Assembly (NCBI RefSeq): GCF_023055435.1 | Contig: NW_025963791.1 | Span: 21,204,001 to 21,268,000 of the forward strand | Length of the DNA: 64,000 nucleotides | Direction of reading: 5' to 3' | Origin: Haliotis rufescens | Lineage: Eukaryota | Part shown: one piece after another, positions 50,301-60,202 of the stretch | Layout of the letters: every line of letters begins with the position of its first letter | Numbering within the stretch: position 1 is the stretch's first letter | The notes under the pieces: generated by a model | Told to the model about the DNA's origin: nothing | The model's input: the letters and a program-made list of their open reading frames with translations, nothing else | The model's database searches: none | Made by a program: the position numbers and the translations under genes

Positions 50301-53300
50301 AACGTTTAAGATCTGCATCACTTCGGGCTTTCCTCCCAGATTAAGCTGACACGCTGAGAAATTACTAGAATACTTTCCAAAGCAGCGTTAAACCCAATTC
50401 ACCCACTCACTCATCAATCAAACACTTAAATAATGGTTTGACCTAAATGTAAAAATCCTACAGTTCCTTGACATTTGACATGGCTCTACTGACATGGCCT
50501 TACACAAGGCTCTACTGACATGGCTCTACTGACATGGACTTACACAAGGCTCTACTGACATGGCCTTACACATGGCTCTACTGACATGGCCTTACACAAG
50601 GCTCTACTGATGGGGCCTTACACAAGGCTCTACTGACATGGCCTTACACATGGCTCTACTGACAGGGCCTTACACAAGGCTCTACTGACATGGTCTTACA
50701 CAAGGCTCTACTGACAGGGCCTTACACATGGCTCTACTGACATGGCCTTACACATGGCTCTACTGACAGGGCCTTACACAAGGCTCTACTGACATGGCCT
50801 TACACATGGCTCTACTGACAGGGCCTTACACAAGGCTCTACTGACATGGCCTTACACAAGGCTCTACTGAGACACCATGCCACAATTTAACATGGATACC
50901 CTCTACGACACATTACACTAAATCCAAGATGACCAATCCCTTTTTAGCCCCTTAATGCCGTGCATCAGGCAAGGTAACAACAAATACCACCTTTTGACAT
51001 CTTTTGGTATGATGCGTCCGGGATCGAACCGCCAACCTTCTGCCCTCTGTGCAGACACTCTATCCACTACACCCTGGAGGCGATTGTGATTAGAGATAAT
51101 ATAACAAACTCTTCTTATATCCTTCGCATGTATGATAAAATATTACCAAACATCTCTGTATAACAAGAGCATGCATGATATGTTATCTGTGTTGAGATTA
51201 ATTCTCAATGTTTCCATGTTGCAAAACTGTTAACACTGTTGAAATCAATGCCTGGACAAATATCACATTGTGTTGGCTCGGACAGCTTTTATTGATATCT
51301 ACACGCCATGTTGCTTTGTTTACAGAATGCAAACATTACCATCAATTACTGGCCAAGAACCTATTTCACCTGTCATACATCACAATCCTGTGACAACGTG
51401 ATTGATGAGGTTATCAGCCTATGGCTATTAACATGCTCTTATGCAAACAATTTTATTTCAGTTTTTCTACTTGTACTGGTATTTGGACATGAAGGCAAAA
51501 ATACACAGTTCAGATTTTAAAAACATACATTTTATCAATAAATCTATAGGAGTACAAAGTGTATTTATGAAATGGAAACACCATGAAATTTAATCAATAC
51601 TTCATTGTTGAAACTGGTAGGACTATATAACTTTATCAAAGTTAACTGAACATTATCTTTCAAACGATTTCGAACATCCTTCATTGAAATGCACAGTTTA
51701 GAGTGTACCAAATATCATTTATTTGTGCAATTTTGTCAGTGAATGAGTGAAATTTGAACTTACTTTTTTGTGTCTAGAAACTTAACTGTTGATAAGAGAT
51801 AAGGCACAAATAACTGGACCCTGTTTTGTAACCCTCCAACCATTGTTAACAGTGAGTATATCAACTATATATATCATTGCAAATCATGGCCTATCAGCTG
51901 TACAGCTAAGATACACTAAGCTGCTCAGTAAATAGGATCTGTACACCAATCTAATAGGTCAAAGTAGAAGAATAAACAACTCTCTGCTTGTATGAATTGC
52001 TTGTACTTCCATCTTAATAAATAATGAATCAAAAGACATATTCACCAAAAAGGAATGCTATTTTTTAAAATAATGGTTGTTAAACTCTTTCATTACTATT
52101 GACACAAAATATATTGAGAAGTTATTGTAAACCATTTGGTTTCTGCGATGAAACATTCAAACTATTCACATTTTGAATAACCATTCATAAACAACTGGTT
52201 TCATTTTGATGCCATGAACAGATCTGAGAAGATTCTGAAAGTTTATACATAATAAGAACTGCCCGTCTATTTCTATCATTCCTCACCCACCCCACACCAG
52301 GAGCTCCCCCTGACCATTATTCATAGTGAGCAAACATTCACTGTATTGAGCAAAACATTCACTGTACTGAGCAAAACATTCACTGTACTGAGCAAAACAT
52401 TCACTGTATTGAGCAAAACATTCACTGTACTCAGCAACACATTCACTGTATTGAGCAAACATTCACTGTACTGAGCAAACATTCAATGTATTGAGCAAAC
52501 ATTCACTGTACTGAGCAAAACATTCACTGTATTGAGCAAAACATTCACTGTATTGAGCAAACATTCACTGTATTGAGCAAAACATTCACTGTATTGAGCA
52601 AACATTCACTGTATTGAGCAAAACATTCACTGTATTGAGCAAACATTCACTGTACTGAGCAATCATTCACTGTATTGAGCAAAACATTCACTGTATTGAG
52701 CAAACATTCACTGTATTGAGCAAACATTCACTGTATTGAGCAAAACATTCACTGTATTGAGCAAACATTCACTGTATTGAGCAAACATTCACTGTATTGA
52801 GCAAAACATTCACTGTATTGAGCAAAACATTCACTGTACTGAGCAAAACATTCACTGTATTGAGCAAACATTCACTGTATTGAGCAAAACATTCACTGTA
52901 CTGAGCAATCATTCACTGTATTGAGCAAAACATTCACTGTATTGAGCAAACATTCACTGTACTGAGCAATCATTCACTGTACTGAGCAATCATTCACTGT
53001 ATTGAGAGAACATTCACTGTACTGAGTAAAACACTCATTGTATTGAGCAAACATTCACTGTACTGAGCAAAACATTCACTGTATTGAGCAATCATTCACT
53101 GTACTGAGCAATCATTCACTGTATTGAGAGAACATTCACTGTACTGAGTAAAACACTCACTGTATTGAGCAAACATTCACTGTACTGAGCAAAACATTCA
53201 CTGTATTGAGCAATCATTCACTGTACTGAGCAATCATTCACTGTATTGAGAGAACATTCACTGTACTGAGTAAAACACTCACTGTATTGAGCAAACATTC

Positions 53301-54741
53301 ACTGTACTGAGCAAAACATTCACTGTATTGAGCAAACATTCACTGTACTGAGCAATACATTCACTGTATTGAGCAAAACATTCACTGTACTGAGCAAAAC
53401 ATCACTGTATTCAGCAAAACATTCACTGTACTGAGCAAAACATCACTGTATTGAGCAAAACATTCACTGTATTGAGCAAAACATCACTGTATTCAGCAAA
53501 ACATTCACTGTACTGAGCAAAACATCACTATTCAGCAAAACATTCACTGTACTGAGCAAAACATCACTGTATTCAGCAAAACATTCACTGTATTTATAAC
53601 AAATATGTGATTGAAATTTAAGGAATTGTGAACAAACACTGACAGTTAGTGTCCTGCATGATACTAAGAGCTACATGTTTGGTATTTAATATGAATCTGA
53701 TTAAAATGATCATAGCATTAGGCTTAAAAAAATAAATGAATTGGTTCTCAGGCAATGACTTTTGAAAATATAGTGTGGGCGGTGATGGGTTGTTTTTTTG
53801 TTGTTGTTCAAACTAGTATGTAACCAATTAAACAGTTGTGTACCATCAACCTGGGAAAGGGCCTCCCTACATAAACAAGCATAAAAACTCCTATTGCCGC
53901 AATGACCATAACACACGATGTGCAGTAAAGGGAAGTAACTGCATGCTATATTTCATCGCATTGTCTCATGCAAGTATTAGGGTTTTTTAAAAAAAAAAAA
54001 TTAAAATGGAAATAAAAACAAAATGTGCGGGAGACTTTATGATGATGCAGGCAGTGTCTGAGAACCAAGACTATTTTCTTTTCCTTAGTGAGTGAGTAAG
54101 CAAGTGAGTTGGGTTTTACACCACATTAAACAGTACTTCAGTTATACCATGGCATGTTAGCAAGATGTAGGAGAAAAACCCAAAGTGATGCAGGTCTTCA
54201 ATGTTTTTTACTTTGTTGAAACCCTAGCACAGGAATGGTACTGTCAAACAAAAAAATATAATCCATGCGAACTGGGATTCGAACCTATAACTATAGGTTC
54301 CTGGCACACCTAAGGGACACAACTCTGCGTTGGTGCCTTAGATGTTCTGAGACACCCATGCCAGTAATCACAGCATTATCTCCCTTGTCTTGTTTTAGTT
54401 CTTACTCACCCGTCGTCAGATTCCTGGTCAAAATTCATCTCCAGGAATGACTTGATGTGACTGAAATGTTTGCGGACAAGGTCCAGTGCACTGAGGGGTG
54501 CTTCAGATGGGGAAGCAGCACAGTGGGCGTCATCATCAGACACGTAAAAGTCCTCCCCGAAGTGCTCTTCCAACTGTTTCCCGTCTGTAGACCTGTTACA
54601 GACATCTTGGGCAGACGTCTGCAGTGGTGGCAGACGCACAGACAGAACTGGATCTGATCTTACAGATCTTGGGGATATCGCTTCTGGTTCAGCAAAATGG
54701 ACAGCTCGAGCCAAAGACAGTCTCTTAACTTTCTTCATCAT
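11019..54741 (-). CDS. 22-exon gene, EF-hand + WD40-repeat protein (WDY-like / WDR49-CFAP337 / EFCAB8 family), about 1234 aa
   Basis: Hand-spliced exons 54741-54410, 39553-39307, 38025-37879, 37079-37017, 36192-35967, 35262-35216, 34429-34292, 32223-32035, 31279-31088, 26756-26493, 25736-25572, 23291-23139, 22078-21894, 21656-21570, 20643-20507, 20093-19945, 18014-17844, 16690-16612, 15818-15643, 13399-13274, 12231-12085, 11303-11019. All junctions GT-AG, phases match, total 3705 nt ending in TAA. EF-hand DTSCDGYVDWDE; WD repeats such as LATGSSDHYIRLWN, LMTGARNGTIKVWN, ILSASTDKTARLWT. Exact orthologue not determinable without a search. Confidence 0.88.
11766..11935. other. Assembly gap (170 N)
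   Basis: N run in intron 21. Confidence 0.99.
12085..12231 (-). CDS. Exon 21 (TFLGVKVEKEFARKKLDRQERR...CSPYQALTTT)
   Basis: CTCTTGTAG acceptor, ACG|GTAATG donor. Confidence 0.82.
12410..12580 (+). mobile_element. SINE family B, 3' part
   Basis: TTTCTAGGTTTGTCAGCACC...AAACCCAACTCACTC. Confidence 0.7.
12581..12669. mobile_element. TIR element family E, TIR-only mini copy
   Basis: CATCTTCCAGAGGCAAGG...CCCTTACCTCAGGAAGATG. Confidence 0.7.
12666..12954. repeat. Minisatellite, 32-bp unit, about 9 copies
   Basis: GATGTCCTCCATTGTTCAGAACAATACAATAG. Confidence 0.92.
13274..13399 (-). CDS. Exon 20 (ARPMSVVVRPAKSVSSEFPRDAKLKYRSQTFAFGFERTDPSK)
   Basis: CTTTCACAG acceptor, AAG|GTACAG donor, 126 nt. 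Confidence 0.72.
13508..13862. mobile_element. Tc1/mariner-pogo-type MITE
   Basis: TIR CCGTATTCG..TAATAAGC / GCTTATTA..CGAATACGG with TA TSD. Confidence 0.75.
15312..15537. repeat. Minisatellite, 42-bp unit, about 5 copies
   Basis: ACTCCCATTCATTTCATGACCAATTTTAGGCTAGGGGTTGGC. Confidence 0.92.
15643..15818 (-). CDS. Exon 19 (acidic, low complexity: ESNTEGTEAPKK...EEEQQDETDKPESKTKLE)
   Basis: TTAACAG acceptor phase 1, GAA|GTGGGT donor. Confidence 0.75.
15855..16285. mobile_element. TIR element family E, one end missing
   Basis: Internal and right TIR similarity. Confidence 0.75.
16612..16690 (-). CDS. Exon 18 (KFPWDLNDASTWAHPKTPFNMDDEEK)
   Basis: CCCACATAG acceptor, G|GTAATT donor phase 1. 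Confidence 0.8.
16829..16970 (-). mobile_element. Family C, 3' half
   Basis: Reverse copy. Confidence 0.75.
17844..18014 (-). CDS. Exon 17 (RVRTRPPLEAAFKAH...ILSASTDKTARLWT...GTFGQ)
   Basis: Last WD40 repeat followed by GTFGQ, CAG|GTAGGA donor. Confidence 0.92.
18193..19971 (-). repeat. Minisatellite, 32-bp unit, about 55 copies, derived from the exon-16 donor junction
   Basis: Sense unit grades from ACTGTGTCAAGCCAGACCCGAGACAT|GTAAGT to ATGGTGTCAAAACATACACTAGACAT|GTGAGT. Confidence 0.92.
19945..20093 (-). CDS. Exon 16 (FFSATDS...ITGDTAGNIKVWDTSDYCVKPDPRH)
   Basis: WD40 repeat, CTTCTCCAG acceptor, CAT|GTAAGT donor. Confidence 0.92.
20507..20643 (-). CDS. Exon 15 (EPVPVDKVMFLRDR...SSEGGVLHWWNIY...)
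   Basis: TCCAG acceptor, G|GTGCAG donor, phases fit neighbours. Confidence 0.85.
21266..21473. other. Assembly gap (208 N) after a CA-rich microsatellite
   Basis: N run in intron 14. Confidence 0.99.
21570..21656 (-). CDS. Exon 14 (NRKIEDLTASLKNERPNSRHKKKHRVQKG), basic linker
   Basis: CTTTTATTTCCATTGCAG acceptor, GG|GTAAAT donor, phase 2-2 (skippable in frame). Confidence 0.7.
21894..22078 (-). CDS. Exon 13 (NMYITANQDWKGGQLHKDDIL...ATAGFDGEIIVWDLE...)
   Basis: WD40 repeat, TTCCAG acceptor, GTAAGT donor phase 2. Confidence 0.92.
22130..22540. mobile_element. Two family C copies tail-to-tail (22130-22330 +, 22345-22540 -)
   Basis: Similar to family C in both orientations. Confidence 0.7.
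23139..23291 (-). CDS. Exon 12 (VWNFQNGHNLHKL...ILSVGWSRLLTIYDDSDQD)
   Basis: TGTAG acceptor, GAC|GTGAGT donor. Confidence 0.9.
23321..23402. repeat. (GAGT)n microsatellite
   Basis: About 20 perfect units. Confidence 0.95.
23445..23603 (-). mobile_element. SINE family B, partial
   Basis: Reverse complement similar to family B. Confidence 0.6.
23796..24242. mobile_element. Hairpin-headed non-autonomous element (short)
   Basis: About 130-nt imperfect palindrome, then TATTATAGCTAAAA matched by TTTTAGCTCTAATA at the far end. Confidence 0.55.
24750..25004 (-). mobile_element. Family C, full length
   Basis: Reverse copy ending GGATCTTCACGGGTC. Confidence 0.88.
25059..25526. mobile_element. Longer member of the same 9-bp-TSD MITE family
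   Basis: Same TIRs, flanks AGATTAGTT / AGATTAGTG. Confidence 0.75.
25572..25736 (-). CDS. Exon 11 (VVTGCDSSCIAVWDIESG...LMTGARNGTIK)
   Basis: WD40 repeats, TTCCAACAG acceptor, AAG|GTGGGT donor. Confidence 0.92.
26493..26756 (-). CDS. Exon 10 (VIKVWDIREHTCLQTV...YNHFFKQ)
   Basis: TTTTCTCCTATAG acceptor, CAG|GTACAT donor, WD motif. Confidence 0.92.
26737..28475 (-). repeat. Minisatellite, 51/50-bp unit, about 34 copies, derived from the exon-10 acceptor junction
   Basis: Sense unit ...TTTTCTCCTATAG|GTGATAAAGGTGTGGGACATC and variants. Confidence 0.92.
29164..29327 (-). mobile_element. SINE family A
   Basis: Reverse copy. Confidence 0.85.
29995..30452 (+). mobile_element. pogo/Tigger remnant with CENP-B/psq-type HTH fragment
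   Basis: PKKRILTVKTIDKYK...GLSKADIANGFGIPRNTLFKWIKN and a pogo-like end AGTTTGACTG|TA. Confidence 0.65.
31088..31279 (-). CDS. Exon 9 (GVECFDYNKNINILATGSSDHYIRLWNPY...GH...SKDA)
   Basis: Canonical WD40 repeat, TCTGTAG acceptor, GCG|GTTTGT donor. Confidence 0.92.
31819..31957 (+). mobile_element. SINE family D, head fused directly to tail
   Basis: tRNA head plus CGCGACGTTAAACCC(CACCT)n, flanked by ATTCATAA repeats. Confidence 0.75.
32035..32223 (-). CDS. Exon 8 (DLHQHTKYVQF...IRQVRFLPDSDSIISSC...VDK)
   Basis: TGTAG acceptor, AAG|GTATGT donor, 189 nt. Confidence 0.88.
32933..33530 (+). pseudogene. Decayed Tc1-family transposase with central deletion
   Basis: MIEAGQSQNAVVRHLGKSKSVISQ..YRQTG (HTH), a GRP motif, then FQDDNACSHRAR...PAKSPDRSPIEHLWD (DD34E region); stops and frameshifts. 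Confidence 0.85.
33679..34208. mobile_element. Non-autonomous TIR element family E
   Basis: About 65-bp TIRs CATCTTCCTGAGGCAAG...CTTGCCTCGGGAAGATG; other copies at 15855-16285, 41487-42063, 12581-12669. Confidence 0.8.
34292..34429 (-). CDS. Exon 7 (NPNNRSLLAFGVDSGDINLLYF...IFMQ)
   Basis: CCCCAG acceptor, CAG|GTAAAC donor. Confidence 0.85.
35216..35262 (-). CDS. Exon 6 (AMTDVPYCFDYWYDQK)
   Basis: TTCCAG acceptor phase 1, AAG|GTAGGA donor. Confidence 0.8.
35678..35930 (+). mobile_element. Family C, full length
   Basis: GACCCGTG...GCGGCGTTAAA. Confidence 0.85.
35967..36192 (-). CDS. Exon 5 (EGGMSVWN...WITDVVYMPNCHKIAIGSTSRDIRFYDV...)
   Basis: TTCTGCAG acceptor, G|GTAGGT donor, WD-like repeat. 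Confidence 0.9.
37017..37079 (-). CDS. Exon 4 (QETTTKIISVENPTRYLTISK)
   Basis: TTTGCAG acceptor, AAG|GTAGGT donor, 63 nt phase 0-0, joins to EGGMSVW. Confidence 0.8.
37338..37702 (-). mobile_element. SINE family D
   Basis: Near full copy, TSD CTTGTCATAAGG, inserted into an older family C-like remnant. Confidence 0.85.
37879..38025 (-). CDS. Exon 3 (LDTSCDGYVDWDEFCTYLLL...HNR), EF-hand loop
   Basis: TTTAG acceptor, AGG|GTGAGA donor, DxxxDGxxDxxE motif. Confidence 0.9.
38410..38615 (+). repeat. Dispersed repeat, inverted copy at about 49985-50192
   Basis: ATCATACCTCCATGTCAGAATGATGA...ATAAATCCCT...AAAAAGCTGCACG present in both orientations. Confidence 0.65.
39307..39553 (-). CDS. Exon 2 (FNKAENVRLEEHIKLQHLEQLLHEFE...LERLFTK), EF-hand region
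   Basis: ATTTCAG acceptor, AAG|GTCAGT donor, open frame. Confidence 0.85.
40047..40158 (-). mobile_element. SINE family A, 5'-truncated
   Basis: Reverse copy. Confidence 0.75.
40301..40470 (+). mobile_element. SINE family A
   Basis: Full copy, TSD TCCATTCATTTAA. Confidence 0.9.
41487..42063. mobile_element. TIR element family E (opposite orientation, internal (ATT)n)
   Basis: Same TIRs and internal sequence as 33679-34208. Confidence 0.8.
42348..42617 (+). mobile_element. Family C, full length
   Basis: GACCCGTGAAGAT...GCGGCATTAAACAACAAACC, imperfect flanking direct repeat CCTAAAAAAAC. Confidence 0.88.
43605..43750 (+). mobile_element. SINE family A, internally deleted
   Basis: tRNA head plus tail. 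Confidence 0.75.
44093..44325 (-). mobile_element. Family C
   Basis: Reverse copy. Confidence 0.8.
44496..44786 (-). mobile_element. SINE family B, full length
   Basis: Reverse complement of the 328-630 type, TSD GAAACCATCTTGA. Confidence 0.88.
45074..46363. repeat. Minisatellite, 24-bp unit, about 53 copies
   Basis: TCTCACACTGTCACCATT(A/C)GAAAG. Confidence 0.95.
48757..48925. mobile_element. pogo/Tigger-type MITE
   Basis: TA|CAGTAAA...TTATAACGAA and TTCGTTATAA...TTTACTG|TA. Confidence 0.65.
50235..50412 (+). mobile_element. SINE family B, 3' part
   Basis: Similar to family B body and tail. Confidence 0.65.
50477..50870. repeat. Minisatellite, 26-bp unit, about 15 copies
   Basis: GCTCTACTGACATGGCCTTACACAAG. 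Confidence 0.92.
50866..51083 (-). mobile_element. SINE family D, partial
   Basis: Reverse copy of head and body. Confidence 0.65.
52328..53594. repeat. Minisatellite, 20-21-bp unit, about 60 copies
   Basis: GAGCAAA(A)CATTCACTGTA(T/C)T. Confidence 0.95.
54088..54358 (-). mobile_element. SINE family B, diverged
   Basis: Reverse complement similar to family B. Confidence 0.65.
54410..54741 (-). CDS. Exon 1 (candidate first coding exon, MMKKVKRLS...ESDDG)
   Basis: ATG-initiated ORF ending at a strong donor GG|GTGAGTAAG, phase 2, matching the exon 2 acceptor. No recognisable domain, so less certain. Confidence 0.6.
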
Positions 54742-56022
54742 TATTTATTCTGACAACTATCTGCCTTAATACAAAATGATCAAATCTTCTTCATTGTAAC
54801 AATGATCAAATTAATCCTTGTTGAACATGTGGTTTGAATGGTTCCATTCCTGTCCGTATATTCCGTTATCTGTTTATATGGATTCATTTTCAGTGGAGTT
54901 TTGGTCTTGTCCACAAATCCTCAAACTGCATGAATGCATTCTGTTCAAGGTTTGTCATTTCTTTGCCAGATAAGACATGAAACACAACACTACCCCACGA
55001 TCTTAACGAATGAGGTTTAATGAACCAATCATTTGCCATCCATCTGGAACAGTCCAAATTTTCACAAACTTCTCTGGAAATAACCACAACTGACCAAGGT
55101 CAGTGATGAGATCAACATGCCACTTCTCTCCAGTATTCCCCGTTCACAAGTAACATGTGGACACAAACACTGTCATTGTTCCATAAACCAGCCAATATCA
55201 CTGCAAATACTCTCTCCTTTCATATTATTCCTTTGGACAAAACATCAGCACATCAATGACTGGAAGTCATTCAAACATCCAACCTAATGGACTCTTATCA
55301 TGGAACATGCATTTACTACCTTGTTTGGTAGACTTACCACTCCGGTGAGTGTTATTTCACACAGCAAACATTGGGGTTTCTTTCGATAACATTTTTTAAT
55401 CCCCTGCCAGAAAAACTGACAACTTGATTCATGTCACTTTAAATTAAAGACTGTTGTATTTTATGGAACATTAAGCGACATAACATGAATTAAATTTACT
55501 GGAGGTCATCTTGGTGCCAGAAGGTATTTGTGTAGGGATTATTACAGAGACCTTATGAACTTGGGATTCAAAAGGCCGATACTCTGCGGTCTATCAGTGA
55601 AACCTATCACTGGCTGTTGAGATAATGGCTCAGGTGTGTTACCCAAAGGTTTAGAGAAAAGGCGAGGGTTTAATGGCGTGGAACAGTCAGTATATCTTTG
55701 AAATAGATACATGATAGAATTGTGTGAGGACAATGGATGTGATTGGTCACACATGATTAGGATCAAATATGGCAAATGATTAGCTGCACTTTTGTGATCT
55801 ATGCAGGAACGAACTCTCTGATCTGCGATCGACTGCTCACTTCATGACAATGTTAAGGAAATTGTTGATCAAGATTAAACGTGCAACAGATAAGTGTGAA
55901 CAGTCCAATAAACAATTTACAAATATATTTGCAGCTAAATGTAGAAAAGTGTGCTTGACAAATACATCAGAAAAGATTTTAATCAAACTTTTAACTGTCC
56001 ATAAAATTCATTCAGAAATGTT

Positions 56023-56180
56023 GAGTGAGTGAGTTTTATGACACTTTCAGCAATATTCCAGCAATTTCATGTCAGAGGTCCAGAAATGGGCTTGAACACA
56101 CATCATACCCATGTTGGGAATCAAACCCGGGTCTTCTGTGTATTGAAAGAACCCTTTAACCACTAGGCTACCCCATCGGC
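56023..56180 (-). mobile_element. SINE family A, diverged
   Basis: Reverse copy. Confidence 0.7.
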
Positions 56181-56665
56181 CAAATTCAGGAATAGATTTA
56201 AGCTGAATGTAGTCTTTATGCCTGACAAATGTATCTGAAAAGATTTTGATCAATTCAAATACATTTAAAATGTCACAAAAAAATATTTATTCTAAAATGT
56301 ATTCAATAAGCTCGTCAAATACACTGCCAGGCAAAAGAAAGTATACATCCATGTTTGATGGTGGCTAAAAATGAAACAAGAAATGGTTATTCTATGGAGA
56401 CGTATTTGATACAGGTATCATTGAGTTTTGGACCTTAAGTTTGCAGTGTTTCGGCAACTGTTTTCAGCCTAGAAACATTTCCATAATATTTGTTATTTTT
56501 TGGTTAAATTCAATTTTCAAGCATATACTTTCTTTTGCAGTTTACGTCAGAACAGAAATTAAGCACAGCAGGCATTGTCGAAAGTTAAGGAAGGTAATAA
56601 ATTATGATGATTGCAAGAATCGAAAATTCAGTACATCAACATGGCCTCACTGGCATACATTAATT

Positions 56666-58895
56666 ATAGAATAACCCACGAGGTACGAGTGATTACGGAA
56701 AATATGTCACAAGTGAAATTAATGTTTTAAGTTCCGAGCTTTAGCGAGGAACTTAAAACATTAATTTCACGAGTGACATATTTTCCGTAATCACTCGTAC
56801 CTCGTGGGTTATTCTATTTATTACCCATATTCATATTAAAGACATGTTTCAAGAAAAAACAATCAACTGTCGCCGATCAAGAATCAGCTGTTTTGTGTCA
56901 ATCCGCGTGTGAATAAATACTGTCCACTCATTCCAACCGCATTTCTCAATTAACATGTTGTTACGCGTGAAAAATATAGTTCTGTTAAAAATTGTAATTA
57001 AAAGATTAAATTATTGCAGTTATATTTCTGTCCGATTTACACAGCGTACACTATCTAGCATTGATAAAGAAGACAGGTTTCCAAAAAGGTTCATCAGGTT
57101 TTTTAATCAAAGCTTGTTTTGACAAGATCTCGTCACTGACAGACAGCCCCCGTCGTGCATCGGCAGATACATGCATTTCACATTGAGAAGAGGAAACACG
57201 GAAAACCTGTCAAATTTTTTATGTGTCATTTGACAAAAATGCCAAAACCTATAACAACAACATAGATGGAATGTACAGAAGTCTTGTTTGTTAGAGAAAA
57301 GTTACGAAAAGAAGGTAAACTTTGAAAAGTATGATTGCTGTCTCAGTGTCGGAATGAATGACCCGACATGACCAAGATATGAGACAGCCGAAACCGGGAA
57401 TGACAAGAGAACCGGTTACAGTTTAATCCGGACAACAAGTTTAATTAACATCGTGTATGATTTGAGACAAGTGTCACTGATGGGAAACATGTGCATGTGG
57501 GATTTCAGGAGGATTTGTCAAACGCAGAGTGGACACAGTCAGATGACGGGAGTTTGTTGATATTTTGATGTGATTCATAATGGTCGAATACCTGTTGATA
57601 GACAAACACGGTATCTGGAGACTTGGTGCTAAGCTGTCCGCATTCACGGAGTTCATTTAGTTCAATATCGGACACAGGATCAGCTCGCTGGGGTAAGTTT
57701 TCTTTTCCTTGTATTTTTAATTATTTTTGTTTTGATTTCAAAACCTCCGAGTTCAGCAATGTGCATCGATTTCGCAACCAGATGCTGGTAATCATGTCGC
57801 TAAGGTAACACTCGAATTCTGAACTGTCTGATGTGCATGTCGAAATGATAAATTTGTAAATAATAATGTTTAGTTGCACCTTTCCTGTGGTCAGCGGACG
57901 TCAGTCAGCCTGCATACTGCTCAGCGCCGTAGAATCTATTTTGCAGACGTCGCGGTTACGAAAAACGTATACATTGTATAAACAAGTGTCACGTCCTTAT
58001 TTCTTCACAAAACGTTACAAAATTGTACGAAATAGTGTATCTTTATGATGTCTTTCGGAAAGTCTAAATGTCTGGCAAAATGAATTTGTTTTTATTCTCA
58101 TGCTATCGTTGAAAGTGTGAGTAGTCATATTTTTCGTGCTTTTCTTACCTTTATACATTTGTGAACTAAATTCATGTCAACTTGTCAAGTTTAGACTTTT
58201 TCATTGTGTTTTCATTTTCATTGGCAGTTATCGATGTCATCATCGTTCACAAAGGCAAACCTGTCTATACAAAGTCCGGTTTTTGGATCCGGGTGGTCAA
58301 AAAATTCATGAAACAGCAAGCTCTCTAACACAGATGCAAACCAGGACTTGGTGGTGATGATCTTGGTGCCCTAGAAACAGTTTCTGGCAACATCACAATC
58401 TGAATCTTGGAACTTCAATCTGGCCATATGCAGTTTTGACAACAAAGACATTAAATGTGTTCAGAGGTTGAATTATACGAATAACTTTTCATGTCAGTCA
58501 GATATCCGTCCGCTTTAACGAGGTCATTTACTTTGACAGGTCTCAAATGGGCCAGCCATGTTTGTTTACAAACGGGGAAGTAGTTTTGGTTTTTACTGTA
58601 AAATGAAAATCATGTGAAATAAATGAAAAAAAATGATAATGTGAAATCATGTTGTTAATATGAAACTATGTGTCTTGTCTTAAAAATCTCGAATCAGTGA
58701 GATTGTAGCACGTAAAACATCTGAAGGGAAAGGCGTGGATTTGTGAATGAATGGGATGAGAAAAAAATAGTTCCGTTGTCCAATGAAAATTAATCTTTGT
58801 TCCACTGACCAATCAGCTTCGAGAATCACTAATTGCACACTGTGCAAATATCAAAAAGTTATTACACTGCATATTTGAGCCCATATGGGTAATAA
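56666..58895. mobile_element. Hairpin-headed non-autonomous element (2.2 kb)
   Basis: 152-nt near-perfect palindrome 56666-56817, then TTATTACCCATAT matched by ATATGGGTAATAA at 58883-58895; interior richer in CpG than flanks. Confidence 0.6.
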
Positions 58896-58961
58896 TATAC
58901 ACTTAACATTGTCCGTGACAAGAGATCAATACAGTGGTGTCAGGAAGCCTTCCTACATAAT

Positions 58962-59232
58962 GGGGGCATGGGTGGCCCAGTCATCAAGGCAGTGCACTTG
59001 CTGTGCAGAGTTGCATCCCTTGGGCACGCCAGAAACCTAAGATTGGAGTTAGAATCCTGGTTCACCTCAATTATGTTTCTAGGTTTGTCAGCACCATACC
59101 CATGCTCGAGGGTTTCACAAAGAGGTAAACTTCTGAGACCTGCATCTCTTTGGGATTTCCTCCCACATTAAGCTGACACACCGTGAAATAACTTGAATAC
59201 TGTTCAAAGTGGTATTAAAAACCCAACTCATT
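58962..59232 (+). mobile_element. SINE family B
   Basis: Similar to 328-630 over full length. Confidence 0.8.
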
Positions 59233-60202
59233 CTCTCTTAGATATTGAGGAACTATGAAAATATACTTTTATGCAAATCACTAAAGATTTTAGTTTTCCT
59301 TTTGGTAAGACACACATTACTGACACTGAATATATGATCCTCAAAACTCGCACTTTCACAGATTTAACCTCAAGTGTTCAATCATTATAACATTTGTCAA
59401 CTCTCTGACCTGATCAATAATATTTACACTGAAGATTTATCCCTGAGAATCAAGATGTATTACATTAGCAGCCGAAGTTAATGAAATGTTCCTGTCACTA
59501 AGGTAGAGCTTTGTCATACACCTGTTGCGTCAATTCCCTCATGAAGGTGATGTATTTATGTCAGCATGGTTCAACATATGGATTACATAGTCTACTGCTG
59601 TCATTTATACAAAGGCCCCCCTGCCTTGGCGGGATCACGCCATGGATTAGGGCATATGCACCTTCAGGGTATTTGGGAGCAAGGCAATTTATATATAATA
59701 AGTTGACAGAAGTGTGGTCGGGAAAAACGTTTTGAGTTAAAGGTGTGAGATCAGATTATTTTCTTTTCTATTTTTTTATCGGTTTCTGGGCATGGTGAGT
59801 ATTTGTTATTGTAGAAATCAATAAATATGGTATTTATTACCTTGTGATAAATCAGGCATTTAACAAAAGGGCACTCCAAACATGGCTATTGGCTAAAAAT
59901 AGATTTGAATTGATATTTACACATAATAAACATAATGCCACTGGAGCCAGGAACAAGTCAGCATGAGAATGTGAATGCAACATGCATTGTAATCTCAGTA
60001 GGAAACATAGTGCTGCTTGGGGTAACAGGTTTATGAACAAGAATGTGGCGGAACAAAGGTGTGTTTTTAGTGTTACATAAATTGTACATTGTGGTCATAG
60101 ATTATTCTAAAAAAACAAACAAATTGTTTAGACAAAGTAGACAAAGCTAAAACAAATAGTGACACAGCACTTTAGCTCCTCTGTATATTTATTCAACAGT
60201 TT

